Below, piece after piece: positions 1 through 64,000 of a DNA stretch of 64,000 nucleotides. Under the pieces are notes generated by a model. It saw only the letters and a list, made by a program, of their open reading frames with translations. It did not search any database and was not told where the DNA came from. The position numbers were made by a program, and so were the translations under genes. Position 1 is the stretch's first letter. The number at the start of each line of letters is the position of its first letter. The stretch comes from Perna viridis (Eukaryota), in assembly GCA_037379345.1 (NCBI GenBank), contig CM074516.1, positions 49,637,626 to 49,701,625 of the forward strand, in the 5' to 3' direction.

Positions 1-1319
1 TAGTTGGATCAATAAACTATTATGATCTATTTATAGTTAACATTGACATAAGACAACTCAGGTAGCTATAAAACCATAGGGTTTGTAAGTCTCATTCTAG
101 TTTCAGTTTCTCTCCCGGAATCTCTGATGTAGAACATATTGAAATCCGAAGACCGATCTGCATATTATTGTTTACTTTTGGGAAATCGAAATGCTGCATC
201 ACAATACTAAATCCTCTATTTTATGCTTTTCTTAACTTTTTTATCTGTAGAACAAGATATTTTGTCATTTTTTATCAGTATTTTTACACAGAAAGATATT
301 TCGCTTTTTATATTGAACTCAATGCTATGTTAATGATAAATCTCCATGCATTTGAATGGTAAACAAGAACCCATTCTCATTCTCATTTTCATGGAGTTAT
401 GTGATAAGACTTACAAAATGTACATACTCTATTTAATGCTAATAAAGAAAAAAATATTTACTGTTGAAATGAATTACTAGGGAGTGATACATGAAGGCAA
501 TCTTCTGCTCCTATGGCTTTGGGAACACTGACACTTATATGTACAATGTAGAAGGAGGTGCTGCTGGATCATAGTTAACTTTTATCCAAGGTGATTGATT
601 GTGTGGTTCCACACAACATCCAAATCAGGGAAAATGTGTACCCTACAATAAACAATGAGACCACAGTACATGTGCATGTACATGTGTATATATATACCAT
701 AATTTATTTATGCTATTTTGGTAATTGCTTGTTATTTTTATTGTGTATAGTTCATAACACCAGAACTGTTCATGCCTGTAATATTAATGTACCTTAAGGG
801 CCTCTGGTTGGATATATAAACTTGTATTTCTTGTTGTAAAATACTTGGGAACCACTGGGTGCAGATGTATACACCATCTAAGACCTATGGATCTTAGAGT
901 GGGCCAGGATATGAGACTGAAATTATAGTGTTTGTTGTATCTTTTATCTCAAGTTCTTTAATGTACAGTACGTGTATAAAATCCCTGAATCTAGGATAGT
1001 TAAAAGACAAAATTTCATCTACAACATATATACATGTACATGTAGCAGAAACTAAGATCAAAGGAACTGGCTAAACAATGTTCCTTCTTTTTGATAAAAT
1101 CATCATAAAAGTCAGCCCTACAAGAGTGAAGGAAAAGGTCAGCAACTACAAGTACATGTAGTACAATTTATCCCTGTTCGAAAGCTGACTGACTGTTGAA
1201 AACCACATCTACCACATTTGACCAATATAATATTAATAAAAAAATCTACCATCTACACTTGATAATAGTCTATAAATTCAGTTAAAACTACAGTGAAATT
1301 TGTCTAAACAAGATATGTA

Positions 1320-1505
1320 TACATTATAACTTCCAAGAAAGTATGAGAAATATTCTTTTTCATGGCTACCTGTGGCACATTATAATTTCATGCCAAGAAA
1401 GTATGAGAACAATTCTACTTCATGGCTACCTGTGGCACATTATAACTTCAAGCCAAGAAGGTATGAGAAATATTTTGCTGCATGACTACACACGGCATAT
1501 TATTA
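1320..1505. repeat. ~60-bp tandem repeat, 3 copies
   Basis: acattataacttc...caagaaagtatgagaa...catggctacctgtggc repeated. Confidence 0.85.
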
Positions 1506-2029
1506 CAGTGAACAAATCAGCACAAGTAAAAATTGAAAACGTCCTGCTCAAAGGCCTTTAGTGGGCTCATTCAGATGTCTGCATTTTCTGATTTCATTGA
1601 AAATTATGAAAGCATAGATTGAAAGTCTGACTAAACCAAACAAATCCTTAATATGCAGACCTCACAGGAATCCTTCCTTAACAGTTTCTACCTGGCTTCA
1701 CTCACAATGCTGGAATTACTAATATCTAATTCTTTTGATGCTTATGCCGAGGAATGTCAGGTTGGGGTCAGAAGGGTGTGTTTTTATTGCCATTAATTGT
1801 ATTTTGATTTATCGTTAACTTGCATATAATCTGTTTTGTTTTTTGCATGTTTATAATACAATTGATTGTAATTCATGTTTTAGAGAAAGCAACCAATTAA
1901 GATACCAAATATAAAAACAATACATGTACATACATGTGTATCTAGTATCCTAGTTAACCTACAAGACTTCATTATGTGGTTAGTGGACTGTGAATTGTAT
2001 CTCCTTTTTTCAGATCATGATCATAAACA

Positions 2030-63036
<61,007 letters not shown>

Positions 63037-63062
63037 GTATGTGATTCATTGTCATATACTGC

Positions 63063-63320
63063 TAAATTCCAGGATTGGGACAGTGCTCTTTCCCTAAACT
63101 TCCCAAGTTCATGTAAACTCCAGGATTGAGACAGTGCTCTTTCCCTAAACTCACCGAGTTTATGTAAACTCCAGGATTGGGACAGTACTCTTTTCCTAAA
63201 CTCCATGAGTTCATGTAAATTCCAGGATTGGGACAGTGCTCTTTCCCTAAACTCTGTGAGTTCATGTAAATTCCAGGATTGGGACAGTGCTCTTTCCCTA
63301 AACTCCCTGAGTTCATGTAA
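63063..63320. repeat. 51-bp minisatellite, 5 copies
   Basis: taaattccaggattgggacagtgctctttccctaaactc....agttcatg. Confidence 0.93.
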
Positions 63321-64000
63321 CCTGCCACAACCTACTCATTCTTGGTATTTATTCAGGGCCCTGTGGACAACTCTTTCTTCTCTTTGTGTTTTTGCTGTTT
63401 TTTTCCCTAATAGAAAACAAAGTTATTGTTATTATAGGGGTTATTTAAGAAATAATTTGACATTTATATTCTCATTTAACACCTTGCTGTGGCTTGGTGT
63501 TAAATAATCAAATATAAATGCCATTCCCATGTTAAAATAAGTACAAATCTACCCCTTCCATGAATTATTTCTTTTCTAATATGACAAATACGGTAATTTT
63601 TGTGACTAAAATTTCCCTAGGCATAGCCAAAATAACGGCTGTTCCGTTTAACCTCCCCATATGGAAGTTGAATTAAATTTGTATATTTATGTCATCAAAA
63701 GTGTTAAATGTGTGTATTCATATAATTGATTTCAATTAGATAACCTCTCATGGCGTAAACGTTTTTAAATGAGTGTTTTGTCTGGATGCGACAATGAAAG
63801 AAAAGAGACAGTGCGCAGGTGCTAAAGGTGAGGTTGTACCGACATATACTGTTTGACGATACGAAGACGTCATATTAGAAAATACAATTATTTTACTCAT
63901 CCATCCATCTGATTCACTTTTCTGTAACAGATTTCTCAGCTTCTATGGGAAGAAATGCTTAAATATTTGGTAAAATCAAGGTATTATTTGAATTTGGAAT

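Noticed and set aside
1-2013. Promoter, 5' UTR exon or divergent neighbouring gene; short ORFs 168-1561
   Set aside because: No recognisable promoter or homologous coding signal; the ORFs are low-complexity or repeat-derived.

Overview
AT-rich eukaryotic (metazoan) genomic DNA, most likely a bivalve mollusc such as Mytilus (inferred from repeat types, not proven). Almost the whole window is one + strand multi-exon gene encoding the PIKK-family serine/threonine kinase ATM. I reconstructed 56 coding exons by eye, from ATG 2030 to 63036. All have GT-AG boundaries and consistent phases, giving 8872 nt (~2957 codons). The protein runs from the N-terminal TAN motif through HEAT/FAT regions to the PI3K-like kinase domain (LVK|[22 protein letters not shown]). 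The final FATC exon(s) lie beyond the window. Introns carry many minisatellites, Helentron-associated (HINE)-like non-autonomous elements with internal tandem repeats, SINE remnants and a MITE-like element. The most striking pattern is that at least 11 exon-intron junctions have been tandemly amplified, so arrays of 2 to ~28 copies of real splice sites (with flanking exon sequence) extend into the introns. Most extra donors would give premature stops. Three arrays offer stop-free in-frame alternatives, two of them in or next to the kinase domain.
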